Numbered from the stretch's first letter, positions 1-12,228 are shown. The stretch is 64,000 nt of DNA from Chiloscyllium plagiosum (GCF_004010195.1 NC_057719.1:31794883-31858882), one strand, 5' to 3'. The notes: generated from the sequence alone by a model not told the origin. A program made the numbers and translations.

Positions 1-1235
1 ATTTTTCAACACTAATCAAAACATCTTCTGCATCGTTCAGCAGAGGAGAAGGTGAGGAAGGAAAACAATCAAGTCTTTTAGACTTTCAGCCTCATGTCAT
101 TTTTGGTTTGCTTTTCCATAGATGACAGTCTCATAACTGTCACTGTTTGACTCAAGAGTTTTAATATTTTCAACTTGAGTTGACTGAAAAATGTTGAAAG
201 AGGAACACATTTTCCATATGCTTGCTGAATCATGTTCTGATTGTCCTCCTAGCCTTTGGATGCCAATTATTGGCAGCATTGTTATGTGAGTGAAGGAGTC
301 AATTTAATGAACCAGTTATTAGTCTGGAGGGAAACATGAAATGTCGTGAATAAAACAGCTTGCTGAGGAAGCAATTGAAAGAACCCATTTCCAAAGCAGA
401 TGAATTAAGCTGTGCAGGAAGACATTATTTCGGAGCTATGATAAAGTTACATGAACTAAATGTGCAATGATGGTGAAAAAGAGAAATAGGTGAAGCTGAA
501 AATATGAAAACTTAACAAGGTCTGTACCGAAATTGAATTTCAGGGTTGAAGTTAAATTGCATTTGCTGGCATCACAATCAAACACTGCACAAAACAAATA
601 ATCCTACCAAAGCTTGTTATAATGAATAAATGTAAGCTGTGGAAGCTACTCAATAGTACTGTTACATTATTTGAAATTCTGAATATCTGCACTGTAAACT
701 ATTCTAAATTATTTTGGTAAAATGTTAATCTTTGTTCCTACAGTATTCATTGTTAATAGTTTTTAACTGTTTCCTTCATGCCCCATTTGTGGTTGTGTCA
801 TTTCAGGTTGTAAAATAATGATATCTTGTCCATTATCATTAGAAAATAAATAATTATCACATTTATGGGTGAACTTCCATTGGGTTTCTCCTGTTTGCTT
901 GGCCTAACTTTGCCAGAGGACATGGATAAACCATGGAAAATGGCAAGCATTTTTCAGGATTTTCTACAATCTTTTACCTCGGTAACCAAGAAGGAGTAAG
1001 AAATATTTCGCCACTTATCGGATTTCCAGTTCATTACGTTTCTCACTATCTGTGTTAAGGGAATAGTTCTTTATGCCTTTTATAATTTCAACATCAAATT
1101 AGCTCTCTGCCAATATTTTTGTACCAATGCCTTTTCATCTTTGTTAGTTTGTTGAGTTTATCAATTACCCCCTCACATCTCCTCCTTAAATATCTGTCAT
1201 TTTTTTTGTCTCTTCTTCCAGTGTCATGATTACTT

Positions 1236-1532
1236 TACAGTGTGGAAACAGGCCCTTCGGCCCAACAAGTCCACACCGACCCGCCGAAGCGCAAACCACC
1301 CATACCCCTACATTTACCCCTTACCTAACACTACGGACAATTTAGCATGGCCAATTCACCTGACCTGCACATCTTTTGACTGTGGGAGGAAACCGGAGCA
1401 CCCGGAGGAAACCCACGCAGACACGGGGAGAACGTGCAAACTCCACACAGTCAGTCGCCTGAGGCGGGAAATGAACCCGGGTCTCTGGCGCTGTGAGGCA
1501 GCAGTGCTAACCACTGTGCCACCGTGCCACCC
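1236..1532 (-). mobile_element. HE1-type V-SINE (tRNA-derived head, V-domain, CR1-like tail)
   Basis: Minus strand reads GGGTGGCACGGTGGCACAGTGGTTAGCACTGCTGCCTCACAGCGCCAG (A-box), GGGTTCATTTCCC (B-box-like), V-domain GTGGAGTTTGCACGTTCTCCCCGTGTCTGCGTGGGTTTCCTCCGG, and tail GGGCCGAAGGGCCTGTTTCCACACTGT shared with CR1 3' ends. Confidence 0.9.
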
Positions 1533-3709
1533 ACATGCCCAATATGTTCATTTTCCACATAAATACTGAGGATAATGTAATTACTTGGTATTTCTACCAT
1601 TCCACTGTCATTACTTGGGAGTTTGTCATGTGCATCCTTTAGTAGCCATATTTTTATTATTTATATATCAGTAGATACTTTATTTCTTTTTATATTCCTT
1701 GGCAAGTTAATTTCACCTCCAAATCATTTTCAAATTTCTACATGGATCAGTGTAAGTTTTCCAGTGTGTCTCTCCTGTTTGCTTTTCCTTTTCTTCTTGA
1801 TTTTCAAGCGAGCTGTTTCTGTTGATTTCTTAGTTCCTTATGGTTAATGCAATGCTCAGATCTAGCCCATAGATGACTATGCCAAATCTTTCTTGTTTGA
1901 TCCTGGGGAGAATTGATTAATTATTAAGATTGAGACACACCAGGTGGTTTCCCCTTCCATTGACCATCTGACTGTGATGCAGATATTCATTTTCAGATTA
2001 TGTCTTTATAGGAACTCTTGCAGAAATTCACTCCATAAAGTTTGGTAGAAATGCCATTGAAATCCCAGATATGGTGCACATGTATCTTCCAGAGTTTTCA
2101 CAGCTCCTCAACTGAAGTTATGACTGGGGGATCATTTGTGGAAGTTCATCTCAATAAATGTTTTCAAATTGTAACTACATTTTCACTTTCAAATACTCAA
2201 AGAAAAAACATTTTTTTCTGGACAATTCAGTGACTTTTCAACTGGAACACTAGAGTTTGAACTTGCAGGTTTTCTGTTACTTGAATATAATTAACATGAA
2301 TGACTTCTAGTGAGAATGGAGTTTAAAGAAATACCATAGAATATTTATCCAGTTTTACACTTTATATTATTCAAACCTGGCTGATTGCTTTATGTTGATG
2401 ACACTTACATGGCCCCCAAACAGAAGAACAATCATGTTCAGATGAATATTTAATTGCCTTGCTTAAGTAGTTTAACCTTAAATTCAATTTCTAATCAAAT
2501 ATTTATTCAGTTTCCTTTAAAGAGATGATCAAAATAGCATCAGTCATTCTTGGTGGCAATCCAATTCACATTATCTATTACTCAGTGAAGGAAAATGTCA
2601 TGTAATCTTGATTGAGGCTTGTTAACTTTAGAAGTAGTGAGCTCAAAATTACACACAATATTCTAATTGTGGCCTTTCTAATGACCTTTGCAAGGTGAGA
2701 ATAAATTATACCCATTTATAATCAAGTGTCCTTGAGATGTATTCTAGTACTAGATTAGTTTTGATAATAGTTTGACAATTAATAGACATCTACTCTTATT
2801 TTAAAGTGATAATTTCACAATCAATACTTTCTTTCAAAAAGCAAAGTTCCAAAGATGTTATGCTTTATTTTAACTGTTTCCTGACCTCTCCTTCCATCTT
2901 GTTAACATTTTAAACAGGTATGCCTGGGAGTATATTAGCTGACAACTTTAATTTGAAAACAGCTCTTTGAAAATTCAGAAAAATAAGCAAAGGAGACCAT
3001 GTTATTTTTCATATCCCTGCATTGTCAGTTAAATTTTATTCCAGGAATATATTCAAACAGACATTTCTTTGCATATTCAAGTTACCAGCATGAAACAACC
3101 ATGCAAATTCAGCTCATGTGCAGAATCCAAGCTGGATCTGTGAGGTTTACTTGTATTAAAATTCAAACAGCTTCAGAAAGTAGGATTCTGGGATTTCTCT
3201 ATCTGCATCTCGGAAAGGGAGGCAACTTCAAAGGATGCATACAAGTCTACTCAAATCACTTCCAGGAGAATTTAGATTAAGTGGAAAGCCTTGATCACAG
3301 AAAAAGACTTGGATATTCACGATATCAAAATTGCATGACCACTGGTCCACACTGCTGAAGACACAAGTTTGTCTGATGAAGAAACTGAAGCTTGGAACGA
3401 TCAAACTTCTGAATAGCAGTAGTTAGAGTTTAAGTGTATAATTATGGGCTGAATGTCATCAAAAATTGACTTAGTGCCAATTTTGAGTTTAATGGAGGGT
3501 TTCTCTCTGTGAGCTCCAGTGAGTTTTCTCTCATAGTTCTTTGTTGCTCATGTCATTATGTGTATATCATGTCTCCACGACACTGCCCTCCTGTTTATCA
3601 GTGGTGGTACTATTCACCACTGTTGGAACCTTATTGGATTTCTGCTATCATTTAAAGGGGAGTTGTGCACCTGGTCAAATGCTGTCAGCCACAAGTAGCT
3701 CTAGGCACT

Positions 3710-3823
3710 CACTGGACTCAAAACCTTAACTCTGGTTTCTTTCCGCAGATGCTGCCAGATTTGAGTTCCTTCAGCATTTTCTCTTTGTGTTTCAGATTTC
3801 CAGCATCAACAGTTGGTTGTTTT
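3710..3823 (+). mobile_element. Short PLE-terminus-like (MER6-like) repeat fragment
   Basis: CAGATGCTGCCAGA..TGAGTTCCTTCAGCATTTT...TTTCAGATTTCCAGCATC; similar to 13650-13760 and 30842-30939. Confidence 0.55.
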
Positions 3824-4238
3824 ATTCTCCTGGAAATCACCCTTGGAAGGCATCCAAACCTTGAAATGAAGCAGTCATATGAGTATTCTTACAGATATTG
3901 ACATTGTGGAATATTCCAGGGAACCTGGTGCAGATCTCCAAGATGTTGTACCAATAATCACTGATGACTCAGATACTGATGGATTGGAACCTTTTTCTGT
4001 TTTGATGAAATCAGCCATGTTATGATATGGCACTCTCAACACAATGTGTGTACAGTTTATAGTGTCCTGCACCTAGGAGAAGCCAACTAAGTTGGAAAAG
4101 CCTACTGCTAAGGTTACAGTCCAGACTTCATCATGAGGAAATGAGAAGAGGTATGATCTGGCACAAATTACATCAATAACAGCCTTGAAAACATTTGTGT
4201 TGACAATTGAGAGATCCCACACAGTCCACTATGGATGC

Positions 4239-4475
4239 TTTTTCACACAGAGGGTGGTATGTGTATGGAATGAACTGCCAGAGGAAGTGGTGGAGGTTGG
4301 TACAATGACAACATTAAAAAAGGTATCTGGATGCACAAATGAATAAGAAGGGTTTAAAGAGATATGGGCCAAGTGCTGGTAAATGGGACTAGATTAATTT
4401 AGGTTATCTGGTCAGCATGGATGAGTTGGACTGACGGATCTGTTTCTGTGCCACAAATGTCTATGACTCTATGAC
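4239..4475 (+). mobile_element. CR1/HER1-like LINE 3' end
   Basis: FTQRVVCVWNELPEEVVE-type terminal coding motif, 3' UTR and (CTATGACT)n tail; homologous to 8165-8394. Confidence 0.85.
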
Positions 4476-4652
4476 CATGGAATGCCTGTATGTGGACCAT
4501 GAACATTGTGGACCTTATTCTGATGTATACAGAACAAATCCAGTAAGTTAGTGAAACCTGGTTTCCCCTTTCCCACTGCTCATATAATGCAAGAAACGCA
4601 TAATTGCATAGAAGATAATGTTGTCAAATTCACGGTGAGAATAAATAAGTGC

Positions 4653-4916
4653 CATAGAACATAGAACATAGAAGAATACAACGCAGTACAGGCCCTTCGG
4701 CCCTCGATGTTGCGCTGATCCAAGCCCACCTAACCTACACTAGCCCACGATCCTCCATATGCCTATCCAATGCCCGCTTAAATGCCCATAATGAGGGAGA
4801 GTCCACCACTGCTACTGGCAGGGCATTCCATGAACTCACGACTCGCTGAGTAAAGAACCTACCCCTAACATCTGTCCTATACCTACCCCCCCTTAATTTA
4901 AAGCTATGCCCCCTTG
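4653..4916 (-). mobile_element. CR1-like LINE 3' end (second subfamily)
   Basis: (CATAGAA)n tail on plus strand, GGCCCTTCGGCCC stem, minus-strand TQRVVSSWNALP motif. Confidence 0.85.
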
Positions 4917-5304
4917 TTCTTACAGACCTGGGATTTTCTTCATGAATTGTGGCCTACAAGTAACTTTATTCCAGGTCATCTGGAATTACCATTGCTTCAC
5001 GAAGATGACTATGATCAATTTTTATTGACCAATGACATGGTCAATATTGCTTGTGGCCAGCAACTTGTATTCAATATTACGTCCACAGGCGGAATATTCT
5101 GATTGCAGATGTGTTTAACCTGTAATGTGTAAGTAACATATTAATGTAATGAAGGGCTTTATGCTGCTCATAATTTGAAGATGTATCCTCCAACAGGAAA
5201 GCAAAGTACTTACTCCATCCACGCTGGGTGTCATGACAATTCGTTTTTCATTTCCATTATGCATTAGTAATTCAGATGAAGATGGAAGGCAACATGGATT
5301 GGTT

Positions 5305-5633
5305 TAGAATCATAGAGTCACTGAGATGTATAGCACTGAAACAGACTCTTTGGTCCAACTCGTCCATGCCAGCCAGATATCCTAACCTAATCTAGTCCCA
5401 TTTGCCAGCACATGACCCATATCCCTGTAAACCCTTCCTATTCATGGATCCATCCAGATGCATTTTAAATGCTGTAATTGTACCAACTTCCACCACTTCA
5501 TCTGTCAGCTCATTCTATACACACATCACTCTTTGCGTGAAAACGTTGCCCCTTAGTTCCCTTTTATATCTTTCTCCTCTAACCTTGAACCTGTGCCCTC
5601 TAGTTTTGCCTCCCCCACCCCAGGGAAAAGACC
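5305..5633 (-). mobile_element. CR1/HER1-like LINE 3' end
   Basis: Reverse complement of the CR1 3' end at 8075-8394. Confidence 0.85.
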
Positions 5634-5770
5634 ACCTGATCCCCAAGCCTTAAAAACTCCTTTCTTCCATACTCCCTGTTGACCCATTCCCTCCCAATAT
5701 TTTTGTATAAGTCTTCATATTCTCACTTTTCCTCCTGAGCCCCAGGCCCATAGTTTATTTATGCTAGCTA

Positions 5771-6110
5771 TCATGTTGCAAAGTTCCCCAAGGGAGCCAG
5801 GGTGCTGGTCTGCATCAATGATCCTCCCAACTTGGCAAGAACTCTTGCCCTCCAATGGCTGACGGACCACTGGGAGATGGAGCAAAAACCCTCAATATTA
5901 AAACAAATGGACAAAACCCTGAATTTTTGGGCTGAGCCCTGGAGTTTCAAAGCTTTTAAAAAGAAAAGGAACAGTTGGACTGAATTCTGCAGGAAACACA
6001 CAGCATAACGAGAAGAATGGAGAGTGTATTGTTCAGCCTGGAATCCCAATTTACATCTCCTCTCTCAAAGAATAAATTAACCAAAACCAGCAGAATGTAG
6101 CCGGAGACAG
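5771..6110 (-). mobile_element. Possible degraded Tx1/L1-type ORF1 (ZCCHC3-like N-terminus) relic
   Basis: ORF 5771-6049 (GFQAEQYTL..RYAVCF...FLKALK) loosely resembles the start of vertebrate Tx1 ORF1; recognition is weak. Confidence 0.3.
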
Positions 6111-6752
6111 TTTTGACATCTCGGGCTATATGGTGCCGACAGTATGGAACTTAGAGACACTTGACATTCAACCTCGATCAAAACCCATTCACACCCACTT
6201 TAGCCATTACAAAGTCAATTAACCTTAGAAGAGAAGATTAAAAGCACAGTGTAAACTACAGAATTGGCGCGGAGATGGGAGGCCCTGATCTCAGTTGAAG
6301 AAAGACCTTTCCAACAATAAGCTCCTGCACGAATAGCTGCCTCACAAGCTCTTCCCCCCTCCAAATCAAGCCTGAGGGAGGCAGAGTTGAGAGGCTGAAC
6401 AGAGAAGCTCAATCAGGATGTTGAACCAAGAGCATCATCAAAACAAAGGACAATTGATAGAGGGATGCCAACCAAGAGATCCACAGCAGAACAGGCTGAA
6501 CAACTCACTCGACCAATACCACAAGTCCTCAGATATAGCGTGAGGTGAAAAACAGGCTCACTAACCAACAAAAGTAAAGGAAACCAGGTACTTACCAGAT
6601 AGACTCAATACACACCTGAAATAGCTGCACAGAGGGCAGCATCCCATCACCAAATCTCCCTTTATTTACTTGTGTACAGTACACTGGCTGTGGCCAACCA
6701 GCCTGGAGTCAGTCCTCTAAACTGAGGAGATTCTAATCTCCTAGTTATATAG

Positions 6753-7626
6753 ATTTTTTTTCTTCAACATCATACAAATTAACATGACCCACTAACAGTT
6801 AACAGTGAAAAATAACTACAAAGAAACAGGTTCTTGAAATTAAACACCTCAAGTCCCCCTGTAACCAACATGAAAAACAGTACACAGAACCAACAAAATG
6901 GGGCAGCATGGTGCGTCTCTGGTTTGCACTACTCCCTCACAGTGCCAGGGACCCAGGTTCGATTCCATGCCCGGGTGACTGTCTGTGTGGAGTTTACACA
7001 TTCTCCCTGGTTTCCTCTGGGCGCTCCGGTTTCCTCCCACAATTCAAAGATGTATAAGTTAGGTGAATTGACTGTGCTAAATTGCCCATAGTATTCAGGA
7101 ACGTATAGGTTAGGTGCATTAGTCAGGGGTAAACGTCGGATAATATGGTATAGGAACAGGTCTAGGTGGGTTACTCTTCGGAGGGTCAGTGTGGACTTGT
7201 TGGGCCGAAGGGCCGGTTTCCACACTGTTTGGATTCTATGAAAAAATAAACCATATTGCAATCCTCCAAATAAAAACACACAGCGAACAGCTGAAAAACA
7301 GTGCATTAAAGGAAACCCACATGCCAGCACTCCCAGTGAAATTAACTCTCCCCAGTTATCCTGTTTTTTTTCTTCCTTTTCTTTTTGTAAACCCCCACTA
7401 CCCCCAAAAAGCAGTGGTGCTTATTTTTACCCCAGCACCCATGTTGTGTGTGTGCAGGTATAGGACACAGTGAAGAAACAACAGGTGCAGAAATCATTAT
7501 TCAATTTCTACCACCAGGAAGAAAAGAAACACCCGAGTGGCCAGTGACAGCAGTGCCCTATCTCAACACAGGACACTACCTAAGTGATCGAAATAGTGAA
7601 CAAGGGTGTGGAGTAGGATTAAATAA
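6753..7626 (-). mobile_element. Tx1-like LINE 3' UTR fragment (interrupted by a SINE)
   Basis: 7440-7629 is homologous to the Tx1 3' UTR at 35527-35711; T-tract at ~6754; flanked by AATCTCCT(A/G)GTTA at 6735-6747 and 7627-7639. Confidence 0.7.
6900..7240 (+). mobile_element. HE1-type V-SINE
   Basis: tRNA-like head with B-box GGTTCGATTCC, V-domain, and tail TGGGCCGAAGGGCCGGTTTCCACACTGT..GATTCTATG. Confidence 0.88.
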
Positions 7627-7639
7627 AATCTCCTGGTTA

Positions 7640-8394
7640 GCAGGACTTATACACTTGATGGTAAGGTCCTAGTGTTGCTGAACAAAGAGACCTTGGAGTG
7701 AAGGTTCATAGCTCCTTGAAAGTGGAGTCGCAGGTAGATAGGATAGTGAAGAAGGCGTTTGGTATGCTTTCCTTTATTGGTCAGAGTATTGAGTAGAGGA
7801 GTTGGGAGGTCATGTTGCAAGTGTACAGGACATTGCTTAGGCCACTGTTGGAATATTCCATGCAATTCTGGTCTCCTTCCTATCAGAAAGATGTTGTGAA
7901 ACTTGAAAGGGTTCAGAAAAGATTTACAAGGATGTTGCCAGGGTTGGAGGATCTGAGCTACAGGGAGAGGCTGAACAGGCTGGGGCTGTTTTTCCTGGAA
8001 CGTCGGAGGCTGAGGGGTGACCTTATAGAGGTTTACAAAATTATGAGGGGCATGGATAGGATAAATAGACAAAGTCTTTTCCCTGTGGTTGGGGAGTCCA
8101 GAACTAGAGGGCATAGGTTTAGGGTGAGAGGGGAAAGATATAAAAGAGACCTAAGGGCAACATTTTCACGCAGAGGGTGGTACATGTATGGAATGAGCTA
8201 CCAGAGGAAGTGGTGGAGGCTGGTACAATTGCAACATTTAAGAGGCATTTGGATGTGTATATGAATAGGAAGGGTTTGGAGGGATATGGGCCGGGTGCTG
8301 GCAGATGGGACTAGATTGGGTTGGAATGTCTGGTCGGTGTGGATGGGTTGAACCGAAGGGTCTGTTTCTATGCTGTACATCTGTATGACTCCAT
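7640..8394 (+). mobile_element. 5'-truncated CR1/HER1-like LINE (ORF2 C-terminus + 3' UTR)
   Basis: ORF 7812-8264 YRTLLRPLLEYSMQFWSP..LERVQKRFTRM..LERRRLRGDLIEVYKIM..RTRGH; CTATGACT-type tail. Confidence 0.93.
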
Positions 8395-10201
8395 ATTGGT
8401 CAGCCAGAGCTTTCCTGATTGGTCAAGGTTAATAACACCAACCAAGGATCTTGCAGCCAACAAAATCCAGCCAATCCAATCACTATGACACCTAACTGCA
8501 AACTGAAAAGGGTTGTACAGCTCAAAGTCCTCAACTGCACTCTTGGTACGGAAAGCCAGAACAGCTAAGCGACCTTCAAAACCACCTTCTCAGTGGTGAG
8601 CATAAACTCCTGAAACCCCAATGTTCCAACATAGTTAGCAGTGGCAGGTGGTGATATCAATGCTTTGGGACCCTACTGCCAGGAATTCTTGTTAAGCATG
8701 TAAATTTAAATACTGTTTGTTTTCTGTAAATCAGTGACTAGTGTCTAATTAGTGTGTTTTAAAGTACTGCTGTTTCCTGTATGTTAATTGTGTTAATTTC
8801 CTTGGATTTATCATATAACCTATTTCTTGTATTATAATGACCCTTTCTACCTTAACTAAATTCAGAGATTCTCTTGCTATTAAATGCCTGTCTAATGGGT
8901 CTTCATTTACATCCTCATAAATAAGTCCAGTGGCCAGAACCGGGGGTCTGTGAATGATTCAAACTACTTTAAGATCAGGAAAATAACTGATTGTAACCCA
9001 GTATCCTCCCCCCCACCCCCCCCCCCCCTCACATTGAATGTTCACATATTGGTACTGCCTGACAACAGTCCTTTGGACTTGAGAAATAACTATTCTCCCT
9101 AGGCTTTGAGACATGGTCAAGTGTTTGAAACACATGCAACATTGTTGCTGCATATATTGCTACCACATGCTGCGCTTTGAGATTCAGCAACATGTCTGTC
9201 CCCTTGTCTAAACATTGCTGGAAAACATGACAGGCTGTCTGGTTTTGTATCTGCAATTAAAGGCCAGGCAATACAGAAGTAATTTGAAGCTGTAAGTTCT
9301 GAATGAGGTGACAATATATAAAAAGATAAGGCAAGACAGAAATGCTGTGAACATCCAAGTAGGCACAAGGTGAGTGAGTTCTAAAGAGAGCAAGTGAAGA
9401 GCCCAGGGATGCACCTTTCACCATGCGTGTGATGAGTGTCTGTCCCTGCTTACAAAGCAACATGGCAGCAGCATTGTAACATAGGGCGTCTTTGAGCTCC
9501 AATGTGCAATATTGAAGTGGTGAACTGAAACAAAACATTTTATATATGAACCTCTGTATTAAGATAACTTCCTTAACAAAAAGTGTGAAGGAAAATAAAT
9601 GAGTTTAACAGGATGTAAAATTTACAGGGCATTGGAGGAAGAGAATAATTATTTTGTTCTTTTTATTGAACAATGATTCAGTAATATTGCTACAGCCTGG
9701 TAATCAGCTTTGCAATTGCCCTGCCAATCGATGATGTATAATCCAGAGCATTACGGCAAGAAGAGGGCAACACATAAAACAGTAATCATTAACTGTTAGT
9801 GATTAAACAGACACTTCATGCATAAAAAAGTAGAAATTATATCAATGATGGGGCATGATTTTCTGACATTTGCAGGTGTTTATAATGATTGTATTATGAT
9901 AATGTGAATCATCAATATTTGTGTGCTAAGTTAAAATTTTCAACAATCCTTCAAAGGTTTACTACTCCAAGAAATGTTAAGTATGAAGCATCTTTATAAC
10001 ACCCTCACCCTCAAAAAATGAAGTGCCGTTTTTAAACATGTCCCATTGTAAAGCTTGGACAAAGTTGTTTAAAGATTACAAGTATTTGCACACTGATTCT
10101 GATTTGCATTTTACATGTAGCTTGTAAAATTATGTCTGATACCTTCTCAGTATTTCAAACGTAATTTTTCAGATATTTTAAACAAAGTTACATATTTGAT
10201 A

Positions 10202-10298
10202 GTCGAAAATTGTGGCACTGGGAAAGCACAGAGGTCAAGCAGCATCCGAGGAGCAGGAGATTCGACATTTCGGGCATACACCCTTCATCAGGAATGTG
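10202..10298 (-). mobile_element. 97-bp PLE pseudo-LTR mini-element
   Basis: Matches the PLE terminus at 23033-23126; 10-bp TSD ATATTTGATA at 10192-10201 and 10299-10308. Confidence 0.8.
10260..10295 (-). ncRNA. Minimal type-I hammerhead ribozyme motif
   Basis: AUUC-CUGAUGA-A-GGGU(GUAU)GCCC-GAAAU-GUC-GAAU: conserved core, stem II and paired stem I AUUC/GAAU. Confidence 0.65.
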
Positions 10299-11077
10299 AT
10301 ATTTGATAAACCATTAGCAATTATGCTATTTTCTCTGCAATGTGAACAATTCTTAATCAGTAAGGCTGAATTGCAAACACCGATAAATTAGTCTGGTAGT
10401 TTGGAAGGTAGCTATGTTCACCGTTATACTTGTGATTTTCTTCAGAAAGGTTAAGAGATTATGATCAGTATATATCTGTGACTCTTTATAGTGGTGATAA
10501 ATAAATGCTTCAAAATGTTTAAGAGCAGTGTTTCTTCCCTAACTGTAAAGTATTTCTTTTGGTATTGATCTAGTTCTTTAGAAAGGTATCTTACTAGCTT
10601 CTTTATGTCTGACCCATTTTCTCATAATAGAATTGCATCAATTCTCAAATCACGAGCAACAAATGTTACCATGAAGGTCTTAATGAAATTTGGTACAGCT
10701 AACTGGTTCATTGATCAAAGTTGCTTTCAACTTCTCAGTACATATCTGGTACTCCCTGACCACATTACCTGAGCTTTCTTTTGTAGTAAATCTGTCAGTG
10801 GAGCAAATCCTGAATAAAATCTCAATTCCTTGTTTATTTTCAGGGATAGGGAACTCGACCAGTGCTTGTACATTTGCTGTTCTTTACAGAATTTCTCCTT
10901 ACCTTGCTTTGAGCCTGAAGAAAGTTATTTTTGCCTTTGCAAATGTAGTTTTGGCAATGTTAATCATCAAATCAGCTAATTTTATTTCTTAAATAATGCC
11001 TCAAATTGTTCTAAGTAGTAATCCAATTGCAATTGTATTTTATCATAATTTTAGTTGAATTGTTCAGAGATAATATT

Positions 11078-11162
11078 ACATGCCCGTGTAGCAGGTGGGA
11101 CTTGAACCTGAGCTTCCTGATACAAAGTTAGGGAACACTACTACTGTATCACAAGAGCCCTT
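11078..11162 (-). mobile_element. Short tRNA-derived SINE head
   Basis: Minus strand GGGCTCTTGTGATACAGTAGTAGTG...CAGGTTCAAGTCCCACCTGCT (A/B boxes); same family as 15662-15770 and 30566-30990. Confidence 0.6.
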
Positions 11163-11269
11163 AAACTAGTACATCATCAAGGCAAATTACACAATTAGGA
11201 ATGGTGGTTTCCACTTGATTCATTAGTCTTTGGGAAATTGCTTAACCACTTTAGATAAAATGACATCCT

Positions 11270-12228
11270 AGATTCATAGAGTCATATAGCATAGAAACAT
11301 ATCCTTTGGTCCAACTCATCCATGCTAGCTAGGTTTCCCAAACTAAGTTAGTCCCATTTGCGTGCATTTGGCCCATATCATTCTAAACCTTTCCTATTCA
11401 TGTACCCATCCAAATGACTCAAGTGTTGTAATTGTACCTGTGTCTATTTCTTCCTCAGGTAGTTCATTCTACATTTGAACCACCCTCTGTGAGAAAACGT
11501 TGCCCCTTGGGTCCCCTTTAAATCTTTCTCCTCTCACCTCAAGATTATGCTCCCTAGTTCGGAACTCCTCAATTCTAGAGAAAAGACTTTTGCTATTCAC
11601 CTTTTCTATGCCTTCATGATTTTATAAGATCCGCCTCAATCTCCTAAAAAATTACCAGCTTCTCCAGCCTCTTTTTATAACTCCAATCCTCTAATCCCAA
11701 CAACACCCCTGTAAATCTTTTCTGAACCCTCTCTAATTTAATAATATTCTTCCTATAGCAGGGTGACCAGAATTGCACACAGTACTCCAAAAGTAATCTC
11801 ACTAACATCCTATACAACCGCAACATGACGTCCCAATTCCTAAACTCAAAAGATCTGCGCAATGAAGGCAAATGTTCCAAATGTCTTCTTTACCAATCTG
11901 TCTACTTGTGATTGACTTTCAATGAACTACATTCCTGAATCTTTATAGGTCTCTCCGTTGTACAACACTCCTGAGGGCCCTACTATATACAGTGTAAGTC
12001 CTGCTCTTGCTCATCTTACCAAAACAGAACACCTTGCATTTATCTAAATTGAACTCCGTCTGCCACTTCTTGGCCCATTGGCCCAAATGATCACGGTCTT
12101 TTTGTAACCTTAGATAACGTTCTTCACTGTCCACTCTTTTGATGTCATCCACATACACACTAACCATGCTTCCAATGCGCTCGTCCAAATCATTTATATA
12201 AATAACAAACAACAGTGGATCCAGCACA
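11270..12228 (-). mobile_element. Degraded CR1 LINE (RT to 3' end)
   Basis: ORFs 11943-12257 (SVLDPLLFVIYINDLD..YVDD) and 11644-11880 (LLEYCVQFWSP..LERVQKRFT); 3' tail at ~11270. Confidence 0.9.

Larger units (their letters stand above)
6617..8487 (-). mobile_element. Solo LTR (~230 bp) split by nested insertions; halves 6617-6751 and ~8393-8487
   Basis: Both halves align in order with the intact copy at 45815-46049; perfect 5-bp TSD ACACC at 6612-6616 and 8488-8492; AATAAA on minus strand. Confidence 0.75.

Noticed and set aside
97..279. 60-aa ORF and the many other 60-130 aa ORFs in unique DNA
   Set aside because: No recognisable domains or consistent splice structure, often non-ATG starts, and lengths expected by chance.
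1236..1532. tRNA gene (also 6900, 11078, 43967)
   Set aside because: The A/B boxes belong to SINE heads that continue into V-domain or LINE tails; there is no full cloverleaf.
1800..2110. Possible LTR-element RNase H or RT relic on the minus strand (GIVIYGLD)
   Set aside because: Only one weak motif, too little to support a call.
9007..9028. Poly-C tract / G-quadruplex potential
   Set aside because: Simple homopolymer with no supporting context.
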